Assembly (NCBI RefSeq): GCF_006345805.1
Contig: NC_043004.1
Location: forward strand, 40,176,001-40,240,000
DNA length: 64,000 bases
Reading direction: 5' to 3'
DNA from: Octopus sinensis
Taxonomy: Eukaryota
The position numbers were made by a program, and so were the translations under genes. Numbering within the stretch: the first letter of the stretch is position 1; each line of letters opens with the position of its first letter. This document shows, piece by piece, positions 15,420 to 27,882 of this stretch. The notes under the pieces are model-generated. The model worked only from the letters and a program-made list of their open reading frames with translations, was not told where the DNA came from and did no database searches.

Positions 15420-16759
15420 TGCTGTTGTTGCTGCTGCAGGTGGTATTGGTAGTATTGGTGGTGGTGGTGGTGGTGGTGCAGCTAGTATTGGTTGTAGTGA
15501 GGTTGGTTGTGCATCTAGTGCTGTTGTTGGTGTTAACAGTGCAATTGTTAATAGTATTAGTGGTGGTGCCGATAGTGCAATTGATAATGATGGTGGTGGT
15601 GGTGGTGATCGTGGTGGATGTGCTAACCTTAGTAGTGGTGATGGTGGTGGTGGTGGTGGTAGTGGTGGTGGTGGTGGTGGTGCAGATAGTGCAATCGGTA
15701 ATGATGGTGGTGGCTGTGCTAACTGTGGTAGTGGTGGTGATGGTGGTAGTGATAGTGGTAGTGATGATGGTGATTTTGTTGATGGAGGTGGTGGTGGTGA
15801 CGGTGCAAATAATGGTGGTGGTGGTAGAGATGGTGATGGAGATGGTGGTTGGTGGTGATGGTGGAGGTGGTTGGTGGTGGTGGTGGTGGTGGTGGTGGTG
15901 GATTTGGAGATGGTGAAGGTGGTGGTGGTGGTGGTGGTGGTGGTGGTTTTGGTGGTGATGGTGGTGCAGACGGTGCAATTGATAAGGGTGTTGAAGGTAG
16001 TGGTGGTGGTGGTGGTGGTGGTGGGGAAAATTGGTAGTACTGCTGCAGATGCTGCTGTTAGTGGTACAGGTTTTTAATGGAGGTGGAACTGTTAGAGCTG
16101 CTACGAGCAGTTCACATTGTTATGGTGACGGCGGAGGTGGTGGTGGTGATAGTAGTGGTGATGGCGACAGCGATGGTGCTGCTGAATCTGCTGCTGCTGT
16201 ACTAAGTGTTACTGATAGTTCTGCTAGTAGTAACGCTTTTCTTTTCTGTGGTGTTGCTATTGTTGTTTAGCCCTCGGTCAATTCCAGCTATGACCACTCC
16301 GATTTATTTATTTATTCATTATGTTTATGTTTATGTTTTCCAGTTTCAGCTCTTGAGCTGTGGCCATGCTGGGGCACCGCCATTATTTATTTATTTATTT
16401 ATTTATTTATTATTTATTTATTTATTTATTAATTTATAATAATGATAATAATAATTATTATTATTATTATCACTAATGTTATTCAACTACGACTACATTC
16501 TCCAATGTATTCATTCATTCCTTATTTAAAATCGCTATGATTGGGGGAACTGAGATTTGAACTGCTCTTTCTAGCAGATTAACCGATCTCATAAAGCTTC
16601 TCCTTATTGGCTGATTGTTATTGTTGTTGTTGTTGGTGGTGGTGGTGGTGCTGCTGCTGGTGGGTTTTATTGATGATGGTGATGAGGGTGACGCTATTGT
16701 CATTGTTATTGCTGTTGGTGGTGGTGGTGGTGGTGGTGGTGCTGTTGTCATTGTTGTTG

Positions 16760-16797
<38 letters not shown>

Positions 16798-16819
16798 GGT
16801 GCTGTTGTCATTGTTGTTG

Positions 16820-16857
<38 letters not shown>

Positions 16858-16976
16858 GGTGGTGTTGTTGTTGATGGTGGTGGTGATACTGTTACGACTA
16901 CCGCTACAGCGCTGGTAAATATTGTTACAACTACTACTGCCACCGCTACTACCATCACCACCACATATACCCCTGT

Positions 16977-17018
<42 letters not shown>

Positions 17019-17094
17019 CACCATCACCGCACTTTCTATTGCTACTGCTACTACTACTATTACTACTACTACTACTGCCACTAATACTACTGCC

Positions 17095-17140
<46 letters not shown>

Positions 17141-17158
17141 TTACTGCTACTACTGCTG

Positions 17159-17207
<49 letters not shown>

Positions 17208-17753
17208 AGCTGTTTCCCAACTACTACAAATGCCAAGATCACTACCACCACTACCACAACCACTACTACTACTACTACCACTGCTACTACTGCTGCTGCT
17301 AAATAATAATGCTTGTAAAGTTAGTGTAGCGCTCTGATTGAAGCTTTTACTGTTTGCTTCTTAGAAATGACAGCAACTGGTTGGATGCCGGATAGTACGT
17401 GTAGTAGTAGATGCAGTGGTTGGTGTTGCTGGTATTGGTTGGAGTTGCAGTCGTGTGTAAGTGGTTGTTGCGGTTGTAGTTTTGGTGCTAGTAGTAGAAG
17501 TAGTAGTGGTTGCAGTGATAGGTGATAGTTTTGAATGGGAGCGATAATAGTTGATAATAGCTGTTGGTAGTGATAGCATGGCTGGTAGTCGCAGTGGTTG
17601 TTGCGGTTGTAGTTTTGTTAGTGTGCTGGAAACAGTTATAGTGTCGGTGATAGTGTTGGTGGTAGTAAACTGTAGTGTTTGAAATAGCGTTGGTCGTAGT
17701 GGTCGCAGTTGTTACTGGTAGTAGTTTTGGTGGCAGCAGCAGTAGTAGTGGTG

Positions 17754-17818
<65 letters not shown>

Positions 17819-17828
17819 GGTGGTGGTG

Positions 17829-17863
<35 letters not shown>

Positions 17864-17961
17864 GGTGTGGTGGTGGTGGTGGTGGTTGGTGGTGGTGGTA
17901 GTGGTGGTGGTAGTAGTAGTGTAGTAGTAGTAGTAGTGGTGGTGGTGGTGGTGGTGGTGGT

Positions 17962-17993
<32 letters not shown>

Positions 17994-18027
17994 GGTGGTG
18001 GTGGTGGTGGTGGTGGTGGTGGTGGTG

Positions 18028-18074
<47 letters not shown>

Positions 18075-18259
18075 GGTAGTGGTGGTGGTGGTGTGGTAGT
18101 AGTAGTAGTAGTAGTGGTGGTGGTGGTGGTGTGGTGGTGGTAGTGGTAGTGGTGGTGGTAGTAGTAGTAGTAGTGTAGTAGTAGTGGTGGTGTGGTAGTA
18201 GTAGTAGTTGTAGTAGTAGTAGTAGTGTAGTAGTAGTAGTGGTGGTGGTGGTGGTGGTG

Positions 18260-18304
<45 letters not shown>

Positions 18305-18350
18305 ATAGGGGTGGTGGTGTGGTGGTGGTGGTGGTGGTGTTAGGGGTTGT
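15420..18350. repeat. ~3-kb mixed trinucleotide low-complexity region (GGT/GTT/AGT; ACT/ACC on the plus strand at ~16905-17310)
   Basis: Directly visible triplet periodicity. Confidence 0.9.
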
Positions 18351-18383
18351 GTTTGCGATAGTGGAATCAATATGAATGGTGTC

Positions 18384-18864
18384 AAAGGTGACGAGCTGGC
18401 AGAATAGTTAGAATGCCGGACAAAATGCTTAGCGGCATCTCGTCCGTCTTTACGTTCTTGTATTCAGATACGCCGAGGTCTATTTTTGCCTTTCTTCCAT
18501 CCTTTCGAGGGTCGATAAAATAAGCCCCATTTCAGCATTGGATCGACATAATATACTAGCACCCACCACCACCACCATCACACACACAACTCCCCCGACA
18601 TTGCTGGCCTTGTGCCAAAATTTGACACCAGCATGAATAATAGTATCAAAGGTGATGACTTGGTAGAATCGTTAGCACGCCAGACAAAGTGCTTAGAGGC
18701 ATTTCGTCCGTCTTTACGTTCTGAGTTCAAATTCCGCAGTGCTCGACTTTGCCTTTCATCCTTTCGGAGGCTCGATAAAATAAGTACCAGTTACACACTG
18801 GGGTCAATGTAATCGACTTACCTCTCTCTCTCGAAATTGTTGACCTTGTGCCAAAATTTGAAAC

Positions 18865-18895
<31 letters not shown>

Positions 18896-20371
18896 GAAGG
18901 CAGCACGCTTGCAGAATCGTTAGCACGCCAGGCAAAATGCTAAGAGGTCTTTACGTTTTGAGTTCAAATTTCGCACTGCTCGACTTTGCCGTTCATCCTT
19001 TGGAGAACGATAAAATAAGCACTAGTCGAACACTTAAGTCGTTGTAAACGACTTAACCGCTCCTTTGAAATTGCTGGTTTCGTGCCAAAATTTAAAACTA
19101 GTATCAGAGGTATCAAAAAGCGACGAGTTGGCGGAATCGTTAGCAGGCCGAACAAAATGTTTGGCAGCATTTCCTCCTTACCACGTTGGACACAAATGCT
19201 TAGCGGTTTTTTGTCCGTCTGAGTTCAAATTCTGTCAGTTCTGAGTTCAAATTCCGTCCAGGCCGACTTTGACTTTCATTCTTTCGGGATCAATAACCAC
19301 CGGACATGTACTGGGGGACGATGTGATCGACTTTTCCCTCCACTCAGAAACCGCCGGCACCGTGCTGAAAGTTCACACCATTATTATTTATAGTGCTCGG
19401 TAGTGTAGTGGTAAGCATCCCCGCCTATCACGCGAGAGACTAGAGTTCGATATTTCGCCAGCAAGGCGATTTACACATTTAAGGCGGCAAGCTGAAAGAG
19501 ACGTTTACACGCTGGACAAAAATGTTTAACGGTATTTCTTCTCGTCGTACGTTCTGAGTTCAAATTCCACTGCGGTTGATTTTTGTCTTGGAGGTCGATA
19601 AAGTAACTATCAGTTGAACACTGAAGGTCTGAAGTAATCGATAAGCCCCATCCACCAAAAATTTCATAGTACAAAGAAATATTTGTAGATATCACTTATA
19701 AGAAAGAATCTGAGTTGCTATTTTCATTGTAATGATAGTTGTATTGATGGTAAAGTGGCGAGCTGGCAGAAATGTTAGCACGCCGAGCGAAATGCTGAGC
19801 GGTAGTTCGTCTGCCGTTACGTTCTGAGGTCAAATACTGCCGAGGTCAACTTTGCTTTTCATCCTTTCGGGGTCGATAAATTAAGTACCAGTTACGCACT
19901 GGGGTCGATATAATCGACTTAATCCGTTTGTCTGTCCTTGTTTGTCCTCTCTGTGTTTAGCCCCTTGTTGGTAGTAAAGAAATAGGTAGGTATTTCGTCT
20001 GCTGTAACGTTCTGAGTTCAAATTCCGCCGAGGTCAACTTTGCCTTTCATCCTTTCGGGGTCGATAAATTAAGTACCAGTTACGCACTGGGGTCGATGTA
20101 ATCGACTTAATCCGCTTGTCTGTCCTCGTTTGTCCCCTCTATGTTTAGCCCCTTGTGGGTAGTAAAGAAATAAGAATCGTTAGCACGCTGGGCGAAATGC
20201 TTAGCGGTATTTCACCCGTCGCTACGTTCTGAGTTCAAATTCTGCCGAGGTCGACTTTGCCTTTCATCCTTTCGGGATCGATAAATTAAGCATCAGTTGC
20301 ATACTGGGGTCGATCTAATCGACTGGCCCCTTCCCTCAAAAATTTCAGGCCTTGTGCCTAGAGTAGAAAAG
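18384..20371 (+). mobile_element. Cluster of seven same-strand SINE family B units (tRNA-like head ggcggcgagctggcagaatcgttagc, central gcctttcatcctttcggggtcgataaa domain)
   Basis: Heads at ~18385, 18648, 18897, 19116, 19481, 19752 and a partial head at 20174; B-box gagttcaaattcc. Confidence 0.85.
19394..19465 (+). pseudogene. tRNA-Asp-derived pseudogene (anticodon ATC instead of GTC; T-arm and acceptor stem disrupted)
   Basis: Gapless match to the remembered metazoan tRNA-Asp(GTC) sequence over the first ~60 nt (tagtgtagtggtaagcatccccgcctatcacgcg). Confidence 0.8.
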
Positions 20372-20827
20372 TTGTATTGATGGTGAAGACGGTGGCGTTG
20401 GTTGGGAGTAGTGGTATGAGTATTGTTATTGTTGGTGAGAGTTAGTGGACGAGGGAGAAGTGGAGGAGGGGAAGAGACTGACGCATGCTCATTATGATCG
20501 TATTCAACAGGTCGTGGGTGAAGTGGTGGTGGTGGTGGTACTGGTGCTGCTGCTGCTTGCTTGTTTGTTGGAAGTCCCTCGAAGCTATAGTAGAAAAACA
20601 CTTGTCCAAGGTGCCACGCAGTGGGACTGATCCCGGAACCATGAGGGTGGGAAACAAACTCCTTACCACACAGCCACTCCTGGACCCTTTTGATTTCTCT
20701 TTTGCTCAGGTGGACCTTACGAGCCATTCGATGGTCCGAAAATCTTGTTATACCTCTATAATTAGATATTATTTGGAATTGTATAAAAAGAGATTGTTAA
20801 AATAGTTTGTGTCTTGTAGAAGTATTC

Positions 20828-21080
20828 TTTTATTCTTTCACTGGTTTCAGTCTTCTGACTGTGGCCATGCTGGAGCACCGTCTTGAAGGGAGTTTAGTCG
20901 AACAAACGGACCCCAGGACTTATTCGTTGTAAGCCTAGTACTTATTCTATCGCCCCTATATTGCCGAACCGCTAAGTTACAGGGACGTAAACACACCAAC
21001 ACCGGTCGTCAGGAGACAAACTCAGACACAAAGACACCATCACACCCATACATACATACATACATACATACATACATACA

Positions 21081-21113
<33 letters not shown>

Positions 21114-21384
21114 TTACGAAGGGGCTTTCAGTTTCCGTCTACCAAATTTACTCACAAGGCTTTGGTCGGCACGTGAGTATAGTACAGTGGTTTCCCACCC
21201 TGTGGTTCGCAAACGTAGTACTGGAGGGTCCGTGAGAAAACTCATTTAGAAAAAAGGGGTCCTTGGTAGTGAAAATGTTGGGAACCATTGGCATAGTGGA
21301 AGACACTTGTCCAATGTGCCATGCAGTGGGATGAAACCGGGAGCATACGGTTGGAAAGTAAACTTCTTACCACACAGCCACGCA
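20828..21384 (-). mobile_element. SINE family A, interrupted by a hAT MITE (duplicate copy ~22502-23049)
   Basis: Tail, (CATA)n, body and head are colinear with other copies once 21185-21290 is removed. Confidence 0.8.
21185..21290. mobile_element. 106-bp hAT-type MITE (duplicate copy at 22850-22955)
   Basis: Termini CAGTGGTTTCCCA / TGGGAACCATTG; degenerate 8-bp TSD gtatagta/gcatagtg. Confidence 0.7.
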
Positions 21385-21519
21385 GCTCATAAGTTTTAAC
21401 AACGAATCTTGTGCCCACCCCGCTAAAAAAAGTCATATGGAACCCGGTTGAGAACCGTAAATGTAGAGACTCTTTTTCGTTAGTTCGTGCGTGGTGGTGG
21501 CGGTGTCGTCGTCGATATT

Positions 21520-21550
<31 letters not shown>

Positions 21551-21827
21551 ATGATAACCACTTGTTATGCAACGAGCCGTGTTTACTAGTTTCGGAAAAT
21601 ACGACGATGACAGTTTTTCACTGTTGCTGTTTCTGCTTCTACTGCATATGATAAAGACGATGACGATGACGGCGACGATGACGACAGCGTTGTCGGCGAT
21701 AACGAGAGCAACATTGGTGGTGGTGGTGGTGGTGGTGGTGGTGGTGGTGGTGGTGGTGGTAGTGGTGGTAGTGGTTGTGAAGACAACAAAGGCAATGACG
21801 ATGAGGTGTGATGATGATGACGACGAC

Positions 21828-21890
<63 letters not shown>

Positions 21891-22745
21891 GATGATGATG
21901 ATGATGATGACGGTGATGATGATGACGGTGGTGGTGGTGGTAATGATGATGACGACGATGATGATGATGGCGATGATGACGACAGCGTTGTCGGCGATAA
22001 CGAGAGTAACGGTGGTGGTGGTGGTGGTGGTGGTGGTAGTGGTGGTAGTGGTTGTGAAGACAACAAAGGCAATGACGATGAGGTGTGATGATGATGACGA
22101 TGATGATGATATGATGATGATGATGATGATGATGATATGATGATGATGATGATGACGATGATGATGATGATGATGATGATGACGGTGATGATGATGACGG
22201 TGGTGGTGGTGGTACTGGTGCTGCTGCTGCTTGCTTGTTTGTTGGAAGTCCCTCGAAGCTATAGTAGAAAAACACTTGTCCAAGGTGCCACGCAGTGGGA
22301 CTGATCCCGGAACCATGAGGGTGGGAAACAAACTCCTTACCACACAGCCACTCCTGGACCCTTTTGATTTCTCTTTTGCTCAGGTGGACCTTACGAGCCA
22401 TTCGATGGTCCGAAAATCTTGTTATACCTCTATAATTAGATATTATTTGGAATTGTATAAAAAGAGATTGTTAAAATAGTTTGTGTCTTGTAGAAGTATT
22501 CTTTTATTCTTTCACTGGTTTCAGTCTTCTGACTGTGGCCATGCTGGAGCACCGTCTTGAAGGGAGTTTAGTCGAACAAACGGACCCCAGGACTTATTCG
22601 TTGTAAGCCTAGTACTTATTCTATCGCCCCTATATTGCCGAACCGCTAAGTTACAGGGACGTAAACACACCAACACCGGTCGTCAGGAGACAAACTCAGA
22701 CACAAAGACACCATCACACCCATACATACATACATACATAATACA

Positions 22746-22778
<33 letters not shown>

Positions 22779-23185
22779 TTACGAAGGGGCTTTCAGTTTC
22801 CGTCTACCAAATTTACTCACAAGGCTTTGGTCGGCACGTGAGTATAGTACAGTGGTTTCCCACCCTGTGGTTCGCAAACGTAGTACTGGAGGGTCCGTGA
22901 GAAAACTCATTTAGAAAAAAGGGGTCCTTGGTAGTGAAAATGTTGGGAACCATTGGCATAGTGGAAGACACTTGTCCAATGTGCCATGCAGTGGGATGAA
23001 ACCGGGAGCATACGGTTGGAAAGTAAACTTCTTACCACACAGCCACGCAGCTCATAAGTTTTAACAACGAAATCTTGTGCCCACCCCGCTAAAAAAAGTC
23101 ATATGGAACCCGGTTGAGAACCGTAAATGTAGAGACTCTTTTTCGTTAGTTCGTGCGTGGTGGTGGCGGTGTCGTCGTCGATATT

Positions 23186-23216
<31 letters not shown>

Positions 23217-23502
23217 ATGATAACCACTTGTTATGCAACGAGCCGTGTTTACTAGTTTCGGAAAATACGACGATGACAGTTTTTCACTGTTGCTGTTTCT
23301 GCTTCTACTGCATATGATAAAGACGATGACGATGACGGCGACGATGACGACAGCGTTGTCGGCGATAACGAGAGCAACATTGGTGGTGGTGTGGTGGTGG
23401 TGGTGGTGGTGGTGGTGGTGGTGGTTGGTGGTGGTAGTGGTGGTAGTGGTTGTGAAGACAACAAAGGCAATGACGATGAGGTGTGATGATGATGACGACG
23501 AC

Positions 23503-23568
<66 letters not shown>

Positions 23569-23809
23569 GATGATGATGATGATGATGACGGTGATGATGA
23601 TGACGGTGGTGGTGGTGGTAATGATGATGACGACGATGATGATGATGGCGATGATGACGACAGCGTTGTCGGCGATAACGAGAGTAACGGTGGTGGTGGT
23701 GGTGGTGGTGGTGGTGTGGTGGTAGTGGTGGTAGTGGTTGTGAAGACAACAAGGCAATGACGATGAGGTGTGATGATGATGACGACGACGATGATGATTG
23801 ATGATGATG

Positions 23810-23847
<38 letters not shown>

Positions 23848-23869
23848 CTGATGATGATGATGATGATGA

Positions 23870-24128
23870 TGATGACGGTGATGATGATGATGACGGTGGT
23901 GGTGGTGGTTAATGATGATGACGACGATGATGATGATGGCGATGATGACGACAGCGTTGTCGGCGATAACGAGAGCAACATTGGTGGTGGTGGTGGTGGT
24001 GGTGGTGGTGGTGGTGGTGGTGGTGGTGGTAGTGGTGGTAGTGGTTGTGAAGACAACAAAGGCAATGACGATGAGGTGTGATGATGATGACGACGACGAC
24101 GACGATGATGATGATGATGAAGACGACA

Positions 24129-24175
<47 letters not shown>

Positions 24176-25480
24176 GATGATGATGACGGTGATGATGATG
24201 ACGGTGGTGGTGGTGGTAATGATGATGATGACGACGATGATGATGGCGATGATGATGTTGATGATGACGATGATGACGACGATGATGATGATGATGATGA
24301 TGACGATGATGACGACGATGATGATGATGATGGCGATGATGATGATGATGATGATGACGATGATGACGACGATGATGATGATGATGACGATGATGATGAT
24401 GATGACGATGACGATGATGACGACGACGATGATGATGACGATGATGATGATGATGATGATGATGACGATGACGATGATGATGATGATGATGACACCGGTC
24501 AGATGGTGACGATGGTTGATGATTGATGACGGACGATAACGTTGAGAATGATGATGGTAGTGGTAGTGGTGGTGGTGGTGGTGGTGGTGGTGGTGGTGGT
24601 GGTGGTGGCGACGATGACGATGGCGATGATAATAACTATGACGATGACATGACGGTGGTGATTGCGATGGTGATGATGACGACAACGACGCCAATGACGA
24701 TGATGATGACGATGTCATTGTTGTTGCGTAGGTAATAGTAGTGATGGTGATTTTTCGTTTGTTTTTCTTTCTTTTTTTCCTTTTTTTTTTGTTGTTGTTG
24801 TTGTTGTTTCTGTGACAGATCAGAATGGAAGACTTAAAGACTTGCTTTGTGTTCCGTTATATTTTTTTAACTCTGGAATGCTGGAAAGTGAAGTAGCAAT
24901 TGCTTCTTTATCGTTCAGTCTCATGTCCAGGCTGTGAAGTTTGAAGAAGTATTGGACTAGACTACTATCTCTAGGGGTGGGGTGGGGTGGGGAGTTGAAC
25001 GACCTTGTAAGAAGCTTCCTCGATGGTGATGATAATGATGATGATGACGACGACGACGACGAAGGCGACGGTAGTGATGGTGATAATGATGGGGTGGTGG
25101 TGGTGGTGGTGGTGGTGGTGGATGATGACAATAGTGACAATGATGGTGGTGGTGGTGGTGGTAGTGGTGGTGGTGGTGTGGTGGTGGTGGTGACGACGAC
25201 GATGGTGATGACGATGATGACGGTCTGACAACGACGATGACGACGACGATAGTGATGATGATAGGGTGGTGGTGGTGGTGGTGGTGGTGGTGGTGGTGGT
25301 GGATGATGATGACGATAGTGACAATGATGGTGGTGGTAATGGTGGTGACGACGATGGTGATGATGATGATGATGATGACAGTCTGACGACGAAGATCATG
25401 GTTGATAGTGATGATGATGGGGTGGTGGTGATGGTGGTGTTCACGGCAATAACGATGGTGGTTGTGGTGGTGGTCACGAC
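23870..25480. repeat. (GAT/GAC/GGT)n trinucleotide low-complexity region
   Basis: Directly visible. Confidence 0.9.
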
Positions 25481-26042
25481 GACTGTGGATAGTGCTATGG
25501 GTGCCGTATGGTACTGGGACGGCAGTAGTGCAAGTGGTTGTTATGGTGATAGCGTAGCAATATCACATGCATCGGAAATGTTTTACCTATCTTCCGCGCA
25601 CAGAGGGATATGAAGATCATCTACATGGTCACTGGATATGCTAGAAACAGCTGTCGAACGTCCCTCAAATCATACATCACCCATAACATTTACAAAAGAA
25701 TACACTTTGAATAATGTAGTCATAGGTACCTCTAAAATTATCAGACAGAAAGACGGCAAGGTGCTGGTTGAAACACCTTTGACCAAAGTTCTGTTAAACC
25801 AGGACGGACATTAACACTGTGTCTCTGAGACCCCCATCGACTTCCGAAAGAATATTGGATGGAGCTACGGTACTGTACATGATCTGGCGTAAGTGTAAAC
25901 AAAGTTCAGTCGAATTCCTCATATAATACGACTTCAACCTGACTTAAACTTTGTTTCTGAGTGTGTATTATTAAATTTGATAGCAAATTACAACCAGGTT
26001 ATGTCCTAGTAATGCAAGAACAAAATTATTATAAAGAAAATG

Positions 26043-26452
26043 GGATCTTTTCGGTTTGAACGGCAGTTTTAACATAATTTCTAGGTAACTAAAAAATTTA
26101 AAACTTCGTATACTGGTAGAATGTGTTTATAAAACATCTTTTTCTCTTGGCTTTATTGAGAAAATTCTATAGTTTGTAAGATATTTGTTGTTTTTTTCTT
26201 CAATTTCTGCAATTTCAACCAATCAATGACCGTCTATTAAAGTGAAAAAAACCTTCTGTGCCGTATGAATATGTCCCTCGTTTAAGAAACAGATTGGGTT
26301 TATTTACATTTGTGAAGAAAATAAGATACCCTTCCCCCACCCTAACCCTAAAACAGCTTGAAATGCAATAGATCGATACTAGGGTCATAATTATGGGTGA
26401 CAATTTCATATGACACCGCTAGAAAAAACTGCCGTTCAAACCGAAAAGATCC
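26043..26452 (+). mobile_element. MITE, GGATCTTTT-TIR family (Merlin-like by GG termini and 8-bp TSD)
   Basis: 28-bp TIR GGATCTTTTCGGTTTGAACGGCAGTTTT; TSD agaaaatg/acaaaatg (7 of 8). Confidence 0.92.
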
Positions 26453-26935
26453 ACAAAATGTTTCGTTGCGCTCTCTGTGTGCAGCCCAAATATACGTCTG
26501 TTAACTCCACGTGATCAAACATCGGCAAGCAGTCGACAAGTTTACGCGCCGTGATATATCTTGTCTTCTGATATATTATATTCATTCATTGTTGTTAAAA
26601 CCTAATGGAGATTTGCCTGGTAATTATCATAGTGGACCGACTGAGAGCGTTGAAGCTTTTTCGAAAACGTCTACACACAAAAGACCATAATGCACACTTA
26701 TTCCTTCCATCAGACATCCTAAAATCATGTGCATTTTTGGAGTTTTAGCGAGGTAAACAGAGTGAATACCTTCTGGTTTCAAACGAGTCCATTATAAAGA
26801 TCGTCAAGAAATACGAAGACAAGTTAAAGTTGACTGCCACATTTCACCGCTAAAAAAATACGGCAGACTGGTAGACATGAATAATTCTGTTGATGGATAT
26901 ACATAGATTCCTCGTGTTCCTTGAACATGAAGATG

Positions 26936-27111
26936 GGATCTTTTCACTTTGACCGACAGATTTTTAAAATAGCTTACAAACTACAAAATTTTCTCAAGAA
27001 AGCCAAGAGAAAAAGATGTTTTAAGTAACACACTACCAGTATACGAAGTTTAAAAGTGTTTAGTAACAAAGAAATTATTTTAAAAATCTGCCGGTCAAAG
27101 TGAAAAGATCC
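26936..27111. mobile_element. Short 176-bp sister MITE with a variant TIR
   Basis: 36-bp TIR GGATCTTTTCACTTTGACCG(A/G)CAGATTTTTAAAATA with one mismatch; perfect TSD tgaagatg. Confidence 0.92.
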
Positions 27112-27419
27112 TGAAGATGTGCACGGGAAAACCACAAAACATAGCGATAAGAATCTCTCCTAGCAATTCTCGCCTCCTTAATTTACAGCCACCGGGTAGG
27201 CTCAAATAGACCTCACGTTTTGCTGTAGTGGGAAGAGGTCTGATTGGGTGACTTAGAGCATCCAATCAGCACGAACAGGTATAGTCATGTGATCACTTGC
27301 AGAACAACCATCGTAGGAGTCAAAATGGTATCTAAATCAAGACGGCCAATTAAAGAACATAGCATACGCTACAGAGTCAATGAAGGAGAATATTGTTTCG
27401 ACATACCTACACAAGAGTG

Positions 27420-27882
27420 CCCAACATCGACTTTGTTCCTTCATAAAAACTTCCCAGAAAAATTAATATTTTTTAATGAAATTTTCTACACATATTTTTC
27501 ACATGGTATAGATTACGACCATATTGGAATTTAATGTGAAAAAACAGTTGGTGGGCGTACACACATACATACTGAGACACATCACAATTTTTTTTCAATA
27601 TTTCCAATTTCATTTTGCATATATATAAATGTGTGTGTGTACATATGTATGTGTGTGTATGTATGTATGTATGTATGTATGTATGTATGTATGTATGTAT
27701 GTATGTATGCATGCAAGCATGTATGTATGTGTGTGTGAGTGCGCAGACCATTTTTTTTTCTGCATTAAATTCTTATGCGGTCTTAATCTACACCATCTCA
27801 AAATTATTTGTAAAAAAAATTCATTAAAAAAATATCCACTTTCCTGAAAGTTATGAAAAAAAAAAACAAAGTCGGAGTGGGG
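27420..27882. mobile_element. Old long-TIR (foldback) MITE containing (TATG)n
   Basis: ~130-bp degenerate inverted repeats 27420-27550 and 27745-27882 (cgactttgtt...gaatttaatg). Confidence 0.6.

Larger units (their letters stand above)
20524..23870 (+). repeat. Direct tandem duplication, ~1.67-kb unit x2, with nested ~300-bp triplet sub-repeat
   Basis: gaagtccctcgaagct at 20571 and 22245; copies differ mainly in microsatellite and homopolymer lengths. Confidence 0.92.

Noticed and set aside
19394-19465. Functional tRNA-Asp(ATC) gene
   Set aside because: T-stem and acceptor stem do not pair; treated as a pseudogene.
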